Shown here in pieces: positions 1 to 12,939 of a DNA stretch of 64,000 nt. Within the stretch, counting starts at the first letter, position 1. Every line of letters starts with the position of its first letter. Below the pieces are notes generated by a model. It saw only the letters and a program-made list of their open reading frames with translations, had not been told where the DNA came from and did not search any database. Source of the stretch: Macrostomum lignano (lineage: Eukaryota); NCBI GenBank assembly GCA_002269645.1, contig NIVC01001580.1, positions 180,791-244,790 on the forward strand. Reading direction: 5' to 3'. A program made the position numbers and the translations under genes.

Positions 1-3000
1 CGTTCCGAAGACAACAACAACTGCTGCCACGACTGCAACGGAGCGCGAATTAAGGAAAAGACTACAACTTCAGCGACAACAACAACAACTGCAGCGACAA
101 CAACTGCTACTACAACAACACCAAAGCCAACAACAACTACGGCACCCCAACAACAACTACTCTTGCACCAAGTACAACAACAACTCCTACCACGACAACA
201 CCTAAGACAACTACTACAACGGCTTCCACAACCACAACCACAGCTGAACGAACAACGACGACAACACCAGAGCCGACCACAACTACAACATCAACACCTA
301 AAGCAACAACAACTACATTGGCTCCCACTACGACAACAACACCAACTACCACTACTACAGCACCAACTACGACAACAACGGCAACAACTACCACAACTGC
401 GACAACTACCACAACTCCGACAACAACTACCACAACACCGACAACAACTACAGCAACAACTACAACTGGAGCTCCAGCTGTCTGCCCGCTCGGATCGGAC
501 ATGCAGGAAGTGATGGCCCGGCCCTCTGTCATTCCAGACAGCGCTATTCGAGTTCGCCGGTGTCTGAGGCGTTTGATGCCGCCAGTGTACGCCCGGCCCG
601 TCTGCCCGCTGCCAACAGCCTTCCAGTTGACCAGCGCCCGTCAGTGACATCGGCGCCGATCGTTCAGAAGATCAGACTGGTTGGCAATGCAAAGACCGCC
701 TATCTGATGGTGCAATATAACAAGGAGAAATCATACACCCGATTCCCTGAGTCAACAACAGCTGGTATCAACGGAAACGAGGACATCTACATCCCGTCTG
801 CATCGAGAATCATGTCGATCAAGGTGTTGCTGAAGGAGCCAAAGGATGCTTCTCAGACACACTTCAAGGTACATCTCGAAGTATTCATGTGCGTTCCGAA
901 GACAACAACAACTGCTGCCACGACTGCAACGGAGCGAATTAAGGAAAAGACTACAACTGCAGCGACAACAACAACAACTGCAGCGACAACAACAACTGCA
1001 GCGACAACAACAACTGCTACTACTACGACACCAAAGCCAACAACAACTACGGCACCACCAACAACAACTACTCTTGCACCAACAACAACAACAACTCCCA
1101 CTCCAACGGAGCGAATCAAGGAAAAGACTACGACTGCAGCGACAACAACAACATCTGCTACTACTACAACACCAAAGCCAACAACAACTACGGCATCACC
1201 AACAACAACTACCATTGCGCCAACTACAACAACTCCCACTCCAACTGAGCGAATCAAGGACAAGACTACAACTGCAGCAACAACAACAACTACTGCTACT
1301 ACCACAACAACAGCTGCGACGACCACAACAACCGCTGCACCGACAACAACAACAACGCCTACTACAACGACTGCTTCAACAACCACTACTACAACTCAAA
1401 AACCAATGACAACAACAACTGCTGCGCCAACGACGACAACTGCACCAACAACCACTACCACAGCCGCAGTAACAACCACTTCTATTATCGATTGTGACAC
1501 TCTTGAAGAAGCCATCAATAACCCGAGCTACATTCCTGCGACAGCCGTTACAGTCAGTGTGGGATCGTTCTCTCAGAATAAATGGACAATTCCAGCTTCC
1601 GCTAAGTCGCCTAGTATTGAGGTCGTCATGAACCGCATGTACAGCTCTCTAAAATTGGCTCAGGTTTGTAACTCACCTAGACTCTATTTTCAAAAGTAAA
1701 AGCTAAATAAAGTATTTATTATTTCTATTTTCAATATTGTACACTACTTACATTGTTCTAGGTTCGCGTGGACTCGCCAGTCGCCGGATCAGTCGTGGCT
1801 GAGTACATATATGCCAACGAGACAGCTTGGACCCCAATCAATGAAGTTGGCAAGCCGAAGGGAACTATTTCGTCCGGACTTACATTTGAAGTTGCCCCGA
1901 GGGCTAAAATTACAAAGATCAGGTTCACAAATGTTACTTTCTCATCTGCAGCAGATGTTACTGCTACTATTAGCCTTAAGATCTGCAAAATGAATGGCGT
2001 TAATACTAATACTGCTGGAACTGCAACAGCCACAGCGAAGACGCCGTTCAAACCACCAACTGTTCCTCGTTACACAACAACGGAAGCGCCGACAACAACA
2101 ACAACAACAACAACAGCAACAACAACAACAACAACGCCAGTCCCTACTACCACAACAACACCAAAACCAACAACAACAACAGCTCCAACAACCACTACTA
2201 CAACTCCAACAACAACAACTACAGAAATACCAACGACTACGACTACTACAACAACAGCAAAACCAAAAACAACAACCACACCAGAGACAACGACTACCAC
2301 TACAACACCAGAACCAACAACAACAACCACACCAGAGCCAACAACTACCACAACAACACCAGAACCAACAACAACAACCACACCAGAGCCAACAACTACC
2401 ACAACAACACCAGAACCAACAACAACAACCACACCAGAGCCAACGACTACCACAACAACACCGCAGACAACTACAACTACAACACAAGTTCCTACAACCA
2501 CAACGACACCAAAAACAACAACAACTACACCAGTTCCGACAACTACAACGACGCCAACTACTACTACAACAACCACATCAGCGCCAACAACAACTACTAC
2601 AAAAGCAGCAACAACTACTACTACAGAAGCAGCAACAACTACTACTAGCCCAGCTTGCGACGAGACTTGTCTGTTGGACTTCGGCTGCGACCGAAACGCT
2701 CAAGTGCGAGCCCCTGGTGGTGCGTCCTCAGTTCAGCTGACTGACTTTAAGGGATCCATCTCAGAGCAGTTTGCGTGCATTGCAAAGACAGTCACTTGCT
2801 GTCCAGATGGCTACAGCAAGGTCGACAAATTCTGCGTCAAGGACACGGTTGGTTGCACTACAACGCCTCCAATCGATTGTAAGTCGCCACTTCCAAGCAC
2901 CTGCCTAAAAGAAGTGACATGCGAAGAGATGACATCCGTGAGATTCAGTGAGCCTGTAAACTCTAACTCCAAATGTCACAGCATTCTGTCGAACTGCGGA

Positions 3001-5630
3001 TCATCTATCTGTCCAACTGGATATCGAAACAACATGAAGGGATATTGTGTCAAGTACCCAGGCTCAGATACATGTCTCAGAGCCTGCCAGTGCAAGTTCA
3101 GAAACGGAACCACAACTGACATCCGCATTGATGAGTGGTGTGACATGGGTGACTGCAGAGAGTGCCAGTGCCGCTGGGACTCCAAGAAGGGAGGCAAGAT
3201 TTGGAGCAACTGCCGAGCCGGCGTCTGCACATCGCATCGCCCGACCACAGCGGAGCCAATCACAACAACAACTAAGATTGTTACAACTACAACCACGCCA
3301 GTGCCAACAACTACAGTCTTGGAGACAACAGTGGCTCCGACTCCGCCACCAGTGTGTGACAAGGTTGTCAGCGATGTATCTAGCGGCTTCTTCCTGCGCT
3401 TTGACGCTTCTTCAACAGAGGAAGGCAGAACTGTAAGCAACGCAGCGCCAACCTCTACAGGCTGGCGTTCAGCCTCCAGCGATTCCAACCCGTCGTTGAG
3501 CGTTCGCTTCAGAGACACCATCCAGCTGTCGCACATTGACATCAGCCCGTACAATATCCGTTCCGTATCCATTGACGTCAGCACCGATAATCGAGTATTT
3601 ACACCTGTCAAAGATGCCTCTGGAGCCATCCGGCTGTGGAACATGAACGACAAGTTTGGCGAATATCAGCGAATTCGGCTGGCCATGCTAAAGGCGGATC
3701 TTATCGATACGCTCGCCGTGCGCATCAACATTCAGCGCATCAGGTCAGATTTGGCCACCGGCCTCAACATCCGGGTCTACGGTTGCCCGCCCGAGTGCAA
3801 ATCGCCAATGGTGCCCACCAACTGCACCTGTGTGAAGACCTGCGACAAGACCGAGTGCCCGACAGGATCTGCTTGCCTGCCAGGCTGCACCTGCCGGAGG
3901 GAATGGTAATGAACGGTGGAAAATGCATCGCTCGAACGGAGTGCCCGTGTTACTACAACGTTCAGAGCAGAGTACTCAAGGTTTGTAATATTCATCTTTG
4001 CATCAATATACATGTAGCTTCACTTCATATTTTCGATATTAATGTCATGATAACATAGCGGTACAACCCACCATCCTTTGATTATTCAGATTGGTGAGAA
4101 GATCCCGAGTGCGAAGAATTGCACAGATGTTTTGTGCACAGCTAGCGGACTGGTGCGTGAAGTGAACACAGAGCGTGACGGATGCCACAATTGCAGTAAG
4201 TTTTGAGCATTGCCTCTGCAAGTTAATTTTAATTCTATATACGCAGGTAAAAACAATTGCAAATCTACTCGTCCCTCAGCCGGTGGCATGGAGTGGACAC
4301 CGTGCAAAGACTGCCACAAGACCTGCAAGCACCGCAAGATGTCTGCTGCCTGTCTCGCAACCTGCAAGCCTGGCTGCGCCTGCCCGAAGGGCACCTACAT
4401 GGACGAGGCCTCAGGAAAGTGCGTGCCCAGCTGCCCCTGCGAGATGGAGGGTGTAAAGTATCCAGTTGGAAAGAAATGGACTGACAAGTGCCGCTCCTGC
4501 GAGTGCACCATGGAAAAGGGCGCCGTGTGCAAGGAGTCGGCTGCCATCTGTCAACTTGCCCATCTGGATATGTGATGAAGAACGACGACCCCGCCGATGG
4601 TAAGTGCTGCGAGTGCGTGCCGATCAAGTACTGCGAGTACAAGGGCGTGAAGCACCCTCTCGACACGGTGTGGTCTGACGGCCCGTGCAAGTCGCTCGAG
4701 TGCCGACGAACCTCATCGGGCGAAACCAGGCTGGTAGAGAAGATCACAGAATGCCCAGCTAAATGCGCCAACGGCATGGCACCTGTGGTAAAGGGCAACA
4801 AGTGCTGCTACTGCGAGCCTGTGACCACCACGACTGCTCCGACTACGACAACTACCGCTATCGTCACAACCACTGCGCCAGTCTGCACGCTACACCTCTG
4901 CCGACTGCCATGCGGCTCCGAGTCCATGAGCAACATGACCGACGTCCGGTCCAAGTGCATCAAGTCAGGCTACGTAAACTGCGGCTACGTCTGTCCAGCC
5001 GGCTACACGATGCGCAATTTGTCGTCTGGCAACGTCGTGTGCGAGATGATCGAGGCCTGCACCACAACAACTCCCGCTACAACAACAACTACAGCCGCCA
5101 TTACAACAACCACTCTGGCTGCCACAACAACTACAAATGCTACAACAACTGAGGCGCCATCCAACTGCAAGCCGGTGACAACTGCGGCCAAGGTGCTGCG
5201 TCAGGGCGACTGCGTGTCAACCAAGGCGGTGGCCCTGACCGCCTGCGCGGGTGGCTGCTCCAGCGGTGCCTACGTGAGCGAAGCTACTGGCATGCTGGTC
5301 AGTCAGTGCGCCTGCTGCCAGCCAACATCCACGAGCACTATGGAGACGCAGCTGTCTTGCCGTGAGTGCCTCCTCCGTTCAGTTCGTTCAAAGCAAAGTT
5401 CTCTGAGCTAGTCTTGGAGTTCCAGACTTGAGCAAATAATACCAATATTAGTTCAATCATGTATCAATTGCACCCTGCTCAATTGAGGTAGCCTAGGCCG
5501 GGGTTTCATTCTGTGGTCAGCCTTGAACAAACAACTAATTTAATGAACTGTTTAACTTTCAGCTGGCGGAGTCACCAAGACGTTCAAGTACCAGGTGATT
5601 CGGGCTTGCGGCTGCCGAAGCTGCAAGTGA
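1..5630 (+). CDS. 3' part of a large gel-forming mucin-like gene (Thr-rich PTS tracts alternating with discoidin/FA58C-like domains, then TIL, VWC-like, C-terminal cystine knot); multi-exon, starts upstream of the window
   Basis: Thr/Pro-rich ORFs 560-1699, 1768-3909 and 4488-5411. GT-AG introns at 1664-1761, 3981-4089 and 5362-5562. The last exon completes a CTCK (CxGxC...CxCC...C PGGVTKTFKYQVIRACGCRSCK*, stop 5628-5630). TIL-like segment CVKTCDKTEC...CLPGCTCPEG. Apparent 1-bp frameshifts near 548, 3893 and 4551. Confidence 0.85.
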
Positions 5631-6426
5631 GGACTGTGATTATCATGTCTGCTGCCAATCGTGAACAGCTTAAATAACTCTGACTACTTACTGTATGATA
5701 AAGGGGACACAGAATCTTCCGCTGTGATTTTCCTTGATGCCCGATTCTACAATAAATATATCTTTTCTTATTTTTCTTCTCTTCCCTGGTTGAAAGGTTT
5801 CAAAACAAAATTAAAAAACTTCCAACTCACAAATCCAACATTGTTAGAATTGTACGCCATAACTGGACACGTGGATTTCGGGTGCGTAGTGTAAGGTATT
5901 CTGACTTCCTCGACTTTGTGTCACCGTAACTAGCTTCGATAAATAAGTTTGTGTTGGCTGGAAAAATTTTGTTAATACTGGACTATCATAATTAATAACA
6001 GAAAACAAAAGAGAAGAAAAACATTGAAACAAAATTCACACGCAAAAAACTATCCTACCAACCCAGCCAACATAATTAATAAATAAAGTTATTGTTTTCA
6101 AAACTTGTGATTCTCTATTTTTCGCGCCAAAGTACGCCTAAAAGATTTAAATTGAAAACAGCTCTTGTTATCTATAGTTTTGATCTAAATAATTTTTTCC
6201 GTTGAAATAAAAGGACAATAGATTAGAACAAAACATATGTTTATTAGTGACAAAAGATCTGCTGGCCTTCCAGTTACGCGCACGCAGTTAAATATTTTGC
6301 TTCGGGTTTTTTCACGAAAATCGAACAACCTACTAATAGTAGCATGGTTTCCCTAAAACTACTTATATCAGATGTCGGAACTTTTCAGAAATTCTCTAAT
6401 ACGAGCGTATGTGCGATAGTTTTTTA

Positions 6427-7300
6427 CTCTCTCTCCCTCTCCTCAGTCTAACTCTCTCCCTCTCCTCACTCTAACTCTCTCCCTCTCCTCACTCTAACTC
6501 TCTCCCTCTCCTCACTCTAACTCTCTCCCTCTCCTCACTCTAACTCTCTCCCTCTCCTCACTCTAACTCTCTCCCTCTCCTCACTCTAACTCTCTCCCTC
6601 TCCTCACTCTAACTATCTCCCTCTCCTCACTTAACTCTCTCCCTCTCCTCACTCTAACTCTCTCCCTCTCCTCACTCTAACTCTCTCCCTCTCCTCACTC
6701 TAACTCTCTCCCTCTCCTCACTCTAACTCTCTCCCTCTCCTCACTCTAACTCTCTCCCTCTCCTCACTCTAACTCTCTCCCTCTCCTCACTCTAACTCTC
6801 TCCCTCTCCTCACTCTAACTCTCTCCCTCTCCTCACTCTAACTCTCTCCCTCTCCTCACTCTAACTCTCTCCCTCTCCTCACTCTAACTCCCTCCCTCTC
6901 CTCACTCTAACTCTCTCCCTCTCCTCACTCTAACTCCCTCCCTCTCCTCACTCTAACTCTCTCCCTCTCCTCACTCTAACTCTCTCCCTCTCCTCACTCT
7001 AACTCTATCCCTCTCCTCACTCTAACTCTCTCCCTCTCCTCACTCTAACTCTCTCCCTCTCCTCACTCTAACTCTCTCCCTCTCCTCACTCTAACTCTCT
7101 CCCTCTCCTCACTCTAACTCCCTCCCTCTCCTCACTCTAACTCTCTCCCTCTCCTCACTCTAACTCTATCCCTCTCCTCACTCTAACTCCCTCCCTCTCC
7201 TCACTCTAACTCTCTCCCTCTCCTCACTCTAACTCTATCCCTCTCCTCACTCTAACTCCCTCCCTCTCCTCACTCTAACTCTCTCCCTCTCCTCACTAAC
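6427..7300. repeat. CT-rich 23-bp minisatellite (CTCTAACTCTCTCCCTCTCCTCA)n
   Basis: Tandem copies read directly from the sequence. Confidence 0.95.
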
Positions 7301-8108
7301 CTTCTTCTTCTTCTTCTCACTGACCCTCTCCCTCTCCTCCCTCTACCCATCTCCCTCTCCTCACTCTAACCCTCTAACTTTCCTCACTCTACCAGAAATC
7401 CTCTCCCTCCTCTTCCTCTAACCCTATCCCTCTCAAACTTCTAGTCCGGTACAAACCTCTAGTACTGGAAGTAAAAACGTCCAATCCAGTACAAGCCAAT
7501 TTATGAAGTACATTTCAGACAAATTACAAGTGATGTGGGGAAATTCTGCAAAGTAATGAGTTTCATAAAAAATGAAGCTCAACTTGAGATATCGGCAAGT
7601 TACAAATGGCAAGTGAGAAGCGTTTTTTCCAAAAGCCACGTCACATGGGATGATGTCTCTACAGGACGAAGTCACGATGGATTCTTGACAAATTAATTAC
7701 AGTCGCAAGCGTGAACTCTTCACAAGTGCATTGATCAGTTATCAGCTTGATTCACCAATTTTGATGTTGCTCGAGAAGCTGCTGCTTTATAAAACAAGAG
7801 CTCACTTGAATGAAACCGATCTGATACTCGTACAGCTCGGCAAACACACCGAGATCTGAGCTTGAGAATTCGGTGCATCAAAACTTGTTGAGCTGCTACG
7901 AAGAGGCAACGTCATGTGTCATGTACAAGCAGACGGTTTTGCGACAACTTATCCGAATATCTTTGAGGCCAATTCAAGCGCTCTGCAGACAGAATTGGCT
8001 TCAAACACCTGTCCGAGTAAAGTCAAGGAGGATCTGCTCCGCATTCTTAAAACTGGAGAGGCAGAATGGTCATTCCTCAATAAGGATTTCCTTGGGAATT
8101 AGTGATAG

Positions 8109-8510
8109 GCTCGGCCTTGGGAGTTAGCGGTACGCTCGGCCTTGGGAGTTAGCGGTACGCTCGGCCTTGGGAGTTAGCGGTACGCTCGGCCTTGGGAGTT
8201 AGCAGTACGCTCGGCCTTGGGGGTTAGCAGTACGCTCGGCCTTGGGAGTTAGCAGTACGCTCGTCCTTGGGGTTAGCAGTACGCTCGGCCTTGGGAGTTA
8301 GCGGTACGCTCGGCCTTGGGGTTAGCAGTACGCTCGGCCTTGGGAGTTAGCGGTACGCTCGGCCTTGGGAGTTAGCGGTACGCTCGTCCTTGGGAGTTAG
8401 CAGTACGCTCGTCCTTGGGGTTAGCAGTACGCTCGTCCTTGGGAGTTAGCGGTACGCTCGTCCTTGGGAGTTAGCGGTACGCTCGTCCTTGGGAGTTAGC
8501 GGTACGCTCG
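8109..8510. repeat. 25-bp minisatellite (GCTCGGCCTTGGGAGTTAGCGGTAC)n
   Basis: Tandem copies with minor variants, read directly. Confidence 0.95.
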
Positions 8511-8952
8511 TACCCCGCTGACCAGCCAATTGAGAGGGTCATGGTTACCGGAGAAAGATTGATCTGCTCTGTTACTCTAATAGAGCTGCTTCGCTTCGCT
8601 GCCAGTGTGATCCAGATCGAGTTGGGACTCATCCGCTTACAGGTAAGTAGAGGACCGTCACAGCTGGATTTGCATAGGATAAAAATCCATTACCTGCACC
8701 CAGTAATTGCTCTGGAGACACTTACCTGTAGTTAGAGCTGCTTACTGTCAGCTCTTTCAAAGCTCTTGTTTAAAATGGTAATTACGATGAAAGCATCTGT
8801 GCAGACGAGAAGACAGGTAGATAAGTAAATAATGGGTCTAAACAGACAGCTTCATTTCAGCTGCTCTGACTCACGAACTGAGTGCTTCGCTAACAGTAAA
8901 ATTCATTTACCGATGCAAACAGACGGTGGGCCTAATATCTTCGGCCTAAATC

Positions 8953-8960
8953 TATATAAA
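8953..8960 (+). promoter_or_regulatory. Probable TATA box of the WSC/PAN gene
   Basis: TATATAAA about 45 nt upstream of the ATG at 9006. Confidence 0.5.
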
Positions 8961-9005
8961 ACTTCTGTCCAATGCAACACTGACAAAACCCAGTCCAGCC
9001 GGGCC

Positions 9006-9848
9006 ATGCTTCTCAGCAGGATCCTCTGCGCTGCTCCGATCCTGAGCTGCCTGATCTGCGCCGTTCTCTGTCGCCAGTTCCAGACATCGGACGTCGGCTG
9101 TTTTCTTGACTACACGAACGGAATGAGAGACGTCGGTGACATGAAGCACCTCAACCTCACACGAATCGGAAGCTCCGAAGTATCTCCGATATTCGAAGGC
9201 GGTAACGCTTTTGTCGGCAGCTACTCGATAATGACCCACGAGCTGTGCGGCAGCGTCTGTGGTCTGGGAGGCTTCCAATTCGCGGCTCTGCAATCGATGT
9301 ACTGGTGCTTCTGCGGCAACTCGTACGGGTCGCTGGGCACTGCTCCTGAATCGAACTGCACTCATGCTTGCAGTGGAAACCACACGCAGAACTGCGGAGG
9401 CCACTACCGAAACCGGGTGCTCCGGCTGACCTACACCAACGGTGAGTTGCTGCTGCTGGTGGCTATATGTTCGACACCTGTTCTCTTATGTTGCGACATT
9501 GTATGTTGGCGACAAAACTAAGTTTAAAGCAGTAACTCAAATCTCAAATGCCTTTGATTGGCGCGATTTGTTTAACTTTAAATGATTTCATTCAAAACTA
9601 AAGGTAACAACTTTTTCGTCCACGGCAACCGGACCTTCGTCGAGCTCAACAACGCTAATGCGCCGAACTTTACGGCTGTCAGCGCTTCGAGTTTGATCCA
9701 TTGCACGTATCTGTGCTCCAGTAAAGGTTCCGGTTGCCAGGCGGTGATCTTCAGCCAGCAGCAGCGCCTGTGCCACCTGCTTGAGTTCGCTGCGGTCCCG
9801 GCCGCCCTCAGCAGTGAAAGCAGCGGCGAATTCTTTGTTCGTGGCTGA
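9006..9848 (+). CDS. Secreted WSC-domain + PAN/apple-like protein (2 exons, 9006-9441 and 9604-9848; 226 aa)
   Basis: Signal-peptide-like N-terminus. WSC pattern GCF...MTHELCGSVC...FAALQ...WCFCGN...C...CSGN...CGG...RV. A phase-1 GTGAG...AAG intron joins in frame to a PAN-like exon (S...HC..LC...GCQAV.F.....CHL). Confidence 0.8.
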
Positions 9849-10329
9849 GTGCGAATTGAGCAATTGAGCAGAGCACTGTAGGAAACGCAATTTAGAGTCA
9901 GATCAATACGTACAAATTGCAACTAGCAAGCATATATACCTAAGCCTAAAGTACTAACCGGTTAGAGAAGTCTGCGTTTGAAATTGACTGACCGAAATTG
10001 TAGGCAAAACTGTTTTTGCTTCAGCCTTTCTCGTCCCGAATTCCAAAAATTTTTTATTCTTCATCCCAACAGCGTTTCAATGTATATTTTCCTTGATGGT
10101 ATTTGCGAATGAACTTCTGTGCGTAAGACATTCTCTTTCTACTTTTATTCTGTAAATCTCCAGAAAAAAATAAAGCTGACTGCATGTATGTGCAATCGGA
10201 GCAATGACGTATCCTTAATTGTTTTCTGTTTTCCCTCTAAACAGCAGAAAATGTTATTTTTAAACGCGTTTACTCGTACAAGAATTTGCCTTAATGCTAT
10301 TCGTAATGACGCAGCAACCGCAGCGATCA

Positions 10330-10480
10330 AGACCAGGATCCGGCAGATCCCTTCGATCAGCGCGCGTCCATATCCATTTAATTGGTTCTGATGAGTACTA
10401 TCGAATCGTCAATGACCAGATCGTTCGTGACGCATCCCGACCTGGCGCTATTGTAACTAAACTCGGCTCTATGTACCCTG
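10330..10480 (+). pseudogene. Small decayed BEL/Pao LTR-retrotransposon pol remnant
   Basis: Allowing one frameshift, it reads ADPFD...SISILIGSDEYYRIVNDQIVR...PGAIVTKLG, resembling the BEL/Pao motif ADPxF...IDILIGAD.Y......G..P.A..TKLG. Recognised by eye only. Confidence 0.4.
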
Positions 10481-10841
10481 TGGGTCTATTTTTGTCACCG
10501 AAGTCGCTGCAGAAGAGATTAAATAAAAAGGCAGAAGCAACATAAGTTTGTTTAATTATTCTTTCCAAAGCGCTTCTGTCCGTCAAGGGCTAGGGAGTGA
10601 GGTGAGGGAGAGGGTATAGTGAGGAGAGGGAGATGAGTAGAGTCATCGCTAGTATGTCTACTCACCACTGTGCGACCATTTACTTGCATTGGCCCCTTGC
10701 GTCTTTACCTCTACTCTATAGTACTCGTACATTATTGCAGCTGCTTTTTGCCCTTCATTATATTTGAGCTTGCGTCTCGTTTTTAATACTTGTCTTGTAT
10801 GAATTACAAATACGACTGGTATATGCAATACAATGCTTTAA

Positions 10842-11016
10842 GGCTCGTCCACACAGCCATCAAATAAGACAGCATTTCGTGTGATCACACAGTTTGTACG
10901 TCAAATTTGATTCCTTTGTACATTGTTCGTGTGATTTGGTCACTCGTTTGATCGAGAACAACTAAAGCACAACTTTAGTAGTCCGGCATTGCGTTTAATG
11001 GCAGTGTGAATGGGCC
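10842..11016. mobile_element. Degenerate 175-bp MITE (Harbinger-like or TTAA-specific)
   Basis: Imperfect 23-bp TIRs (GGCTCGTCCACACAGCCATCAAA versus reverse complement GGCCCATTCACACTGCCATTAAA), with TTAA on both sides. Confidence 0.5.
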
Positions 11017-12189
11017 TTAAGACTCCTGACTAAAGGTGTCACCTGTTTAGTCAAATTCTGAAATTCTAGTTGAGTAAAAAACTTCAGTGGACACAAAACT
11101 GCCTGCAACCTTTTTTTACTGTGGCCAGCTGGAGACAGATTGAGCAGTGCGTTCGGCCAATGTAAAACCGAATTCTAATCCCCTTGAGAAACACAGACAT
11201 CCAAGACATTGGCAGCATCAAGGGTCCGATCACTATCATTGGCGTTTAGGCAATCAATTATTCGTTCACAGGCTCCTACTTGGCGAACCCACCAATCGAC
11301 GAACTCTTCGAATTGAATCGAGTTCTTCTAGACAGTTGCTATTCCATTTATCTTATTCCGAAATCACCTCTCGACCTTTAATTCGTTTCATCCGCACGTT
11401 GAAGCGGTTTTTCTGCAGCTATCATTTCGGGTCCTTAGCTGACCCAAAACAACTTTGTTGCAGGTCAGGCAAACGAGTTGTGCGGAACTGCTGCTTTTTG
11501 TTTTAATTTTAGCGGTTAAATTTCAATTGAATAAAAAATTAAATGGGCTTTATATACTCTTTTGGGGGCTTGAAAGACACACTAGGAGGGGCGGGGTCAT
11601 ACTATATATGCTTTTTAAAAAGCATTAGAGCGGCGTTAATTGGGGAAAATATTTATTATTTTATAACTGTTTACACAAAAATTGAAAATATCCCCCATTT
11701 CGAACCCCACAGTGCCACACAGCGAAAACCTCATGCCCCCCACCCCAGCTCAACCGCCCCCATTACGATAGGCGATCTTAGTTTGTAGTTATTCTACATA
11801 GAATTGAACAGTCTCAGTACGTATAATATGCCCTTTGTAAAATATTGCTTTTTTGTAAACGTGTTTGTGGGAACTAAAAATTTAATTCAGTACGGGGAGG
11901 GTACGGGCACCCCTACCCCCATCGACCCGCACGCCCGTTCTTCTATCTCCACAACGTTTGGCAGGGTTCTGCTAACCCGTACTACTTAAAGTATTCAAAA
12001 CAAGGAAGTATAGTTTTGTTTTGCTGTTAAATTTAATCCGTTGATTATTGAAATCTCTTTTATTCGCTTCTATGCGACAACATGATTTTTTTGCTTTGGA
12101 ACTCTTTTCTGAGTTGAAAGGTTTGCTAATAATATTCAATTTTTGGTCAGTTTTTTGCTTCGAGCGGGAACCAGCTTGTACACCTCAGC

Positions 12190-12399
12190 TCAAGTCTTCC
12201 AACAGGCGCACTTGTTCCCCCTTTTCATGCGGCTCGATGCCCTGCAGTTGAAGGACTTGGCGAACTCCTTGTTGTGAGACATGGCGCTGTCAACTCTAAA
12301 CTGGGTGATTTCGTGCGGTTCAAAATATTTACAGCCCCTAATTTTTATCATCTGTCTATAAGCGAGCTGCGCTGCCAGTGTAAAAAACAGCCGATTGAG
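12190..12399 (-). CDS. Last exon of a neprilysin-like (peptidase M13) gene or pseudogene
   Basis: The minus-strand frame after a TTCTAG acceptor reads LNRLFFTLAAQ...PHEITQFRVDSAMSHNKEFAKSFNC...RMKRGNKCACWKT*. This matches the M13 C-terminus (LFF..AQ...H....RV...SN..EF...FNC....M...KC..W). Not in the ORF track. Confidence 0.55.
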   Translation of the reverse strand, partial: LNRLFFTLAAQLAYRQMIKIRGCKYFEPHEITQFRVDSAMSHNKEFAKSFNCRASSRMKRGNKCACWKT

Positions 12400-12939
12400 C
12401 TAGAATTGTTTGCAGATCCTGCATGAAGGCGTGCATATGAGATGGAAGACGAAATTTTCAGCTTTGTTGCATTGAAGCTGGCTCCTTCTGGGTAGCTGTC
12501 GTTGATAAATCTATCTAAAGCTGTCGAAGAAAGGGTTTTTGATCCAGAATCGATTTTGTGGATATTCTTGAACAGATAAATACTTTACCATCCACTTGAA
12601 GCAAAGACTTGTCAAAAACAGGGCTCCAAAGCTGTCTTCTTCAGCATTTTTGACTTTTTGGCATAGGCCTGAACAAGAGGCGCATAGGCTCTTTTCAGGG
12701 CTGGTACAAATTTGCCCGATTCTCCTTCGTCCGACAGTTCGAAAAAGTCAGCAGTGTATTTTAGCCTTTGAAGTCGTTTAATGGTTTGATTTGACCTTAA
12801 TTCTGAGATGTTACACTTTGTATAGCGACCCTCTTGACGATCTGAAATTACTACTCGTAATTTAGCTGATTTACTAATGGGACACGGGGGCGACTCCTGA
12901 TGTTCCCGTGCCCCTAAGTCCTCGAGTCATTGGCGTGGA

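Noticed and set aside
137-2740. Val-rich and Gln-rich ORFs overlapping the mucin
   Set aside because: Shadow frames of ACA/ACT Thr-codon runs.
540-4575. Programmed frameshifting in the mucin
   Set aside because: There are no slippery sites, and the shifts are single-base losses in short runs, which fits sequencing error or decay better.
7530-8127. Short ORFs between two minisatellites (7873-8127, 7914-8102)
   Set aside because: No recognisable motif or consistent splice structure; they could be exon remnants but are unsupported.
11550-11995. G/C-tract-rich segment ending in a short hairpin (possible Helitron end)
   Set aside because: No convincing CTRR terminus or matching 5' end was identified.
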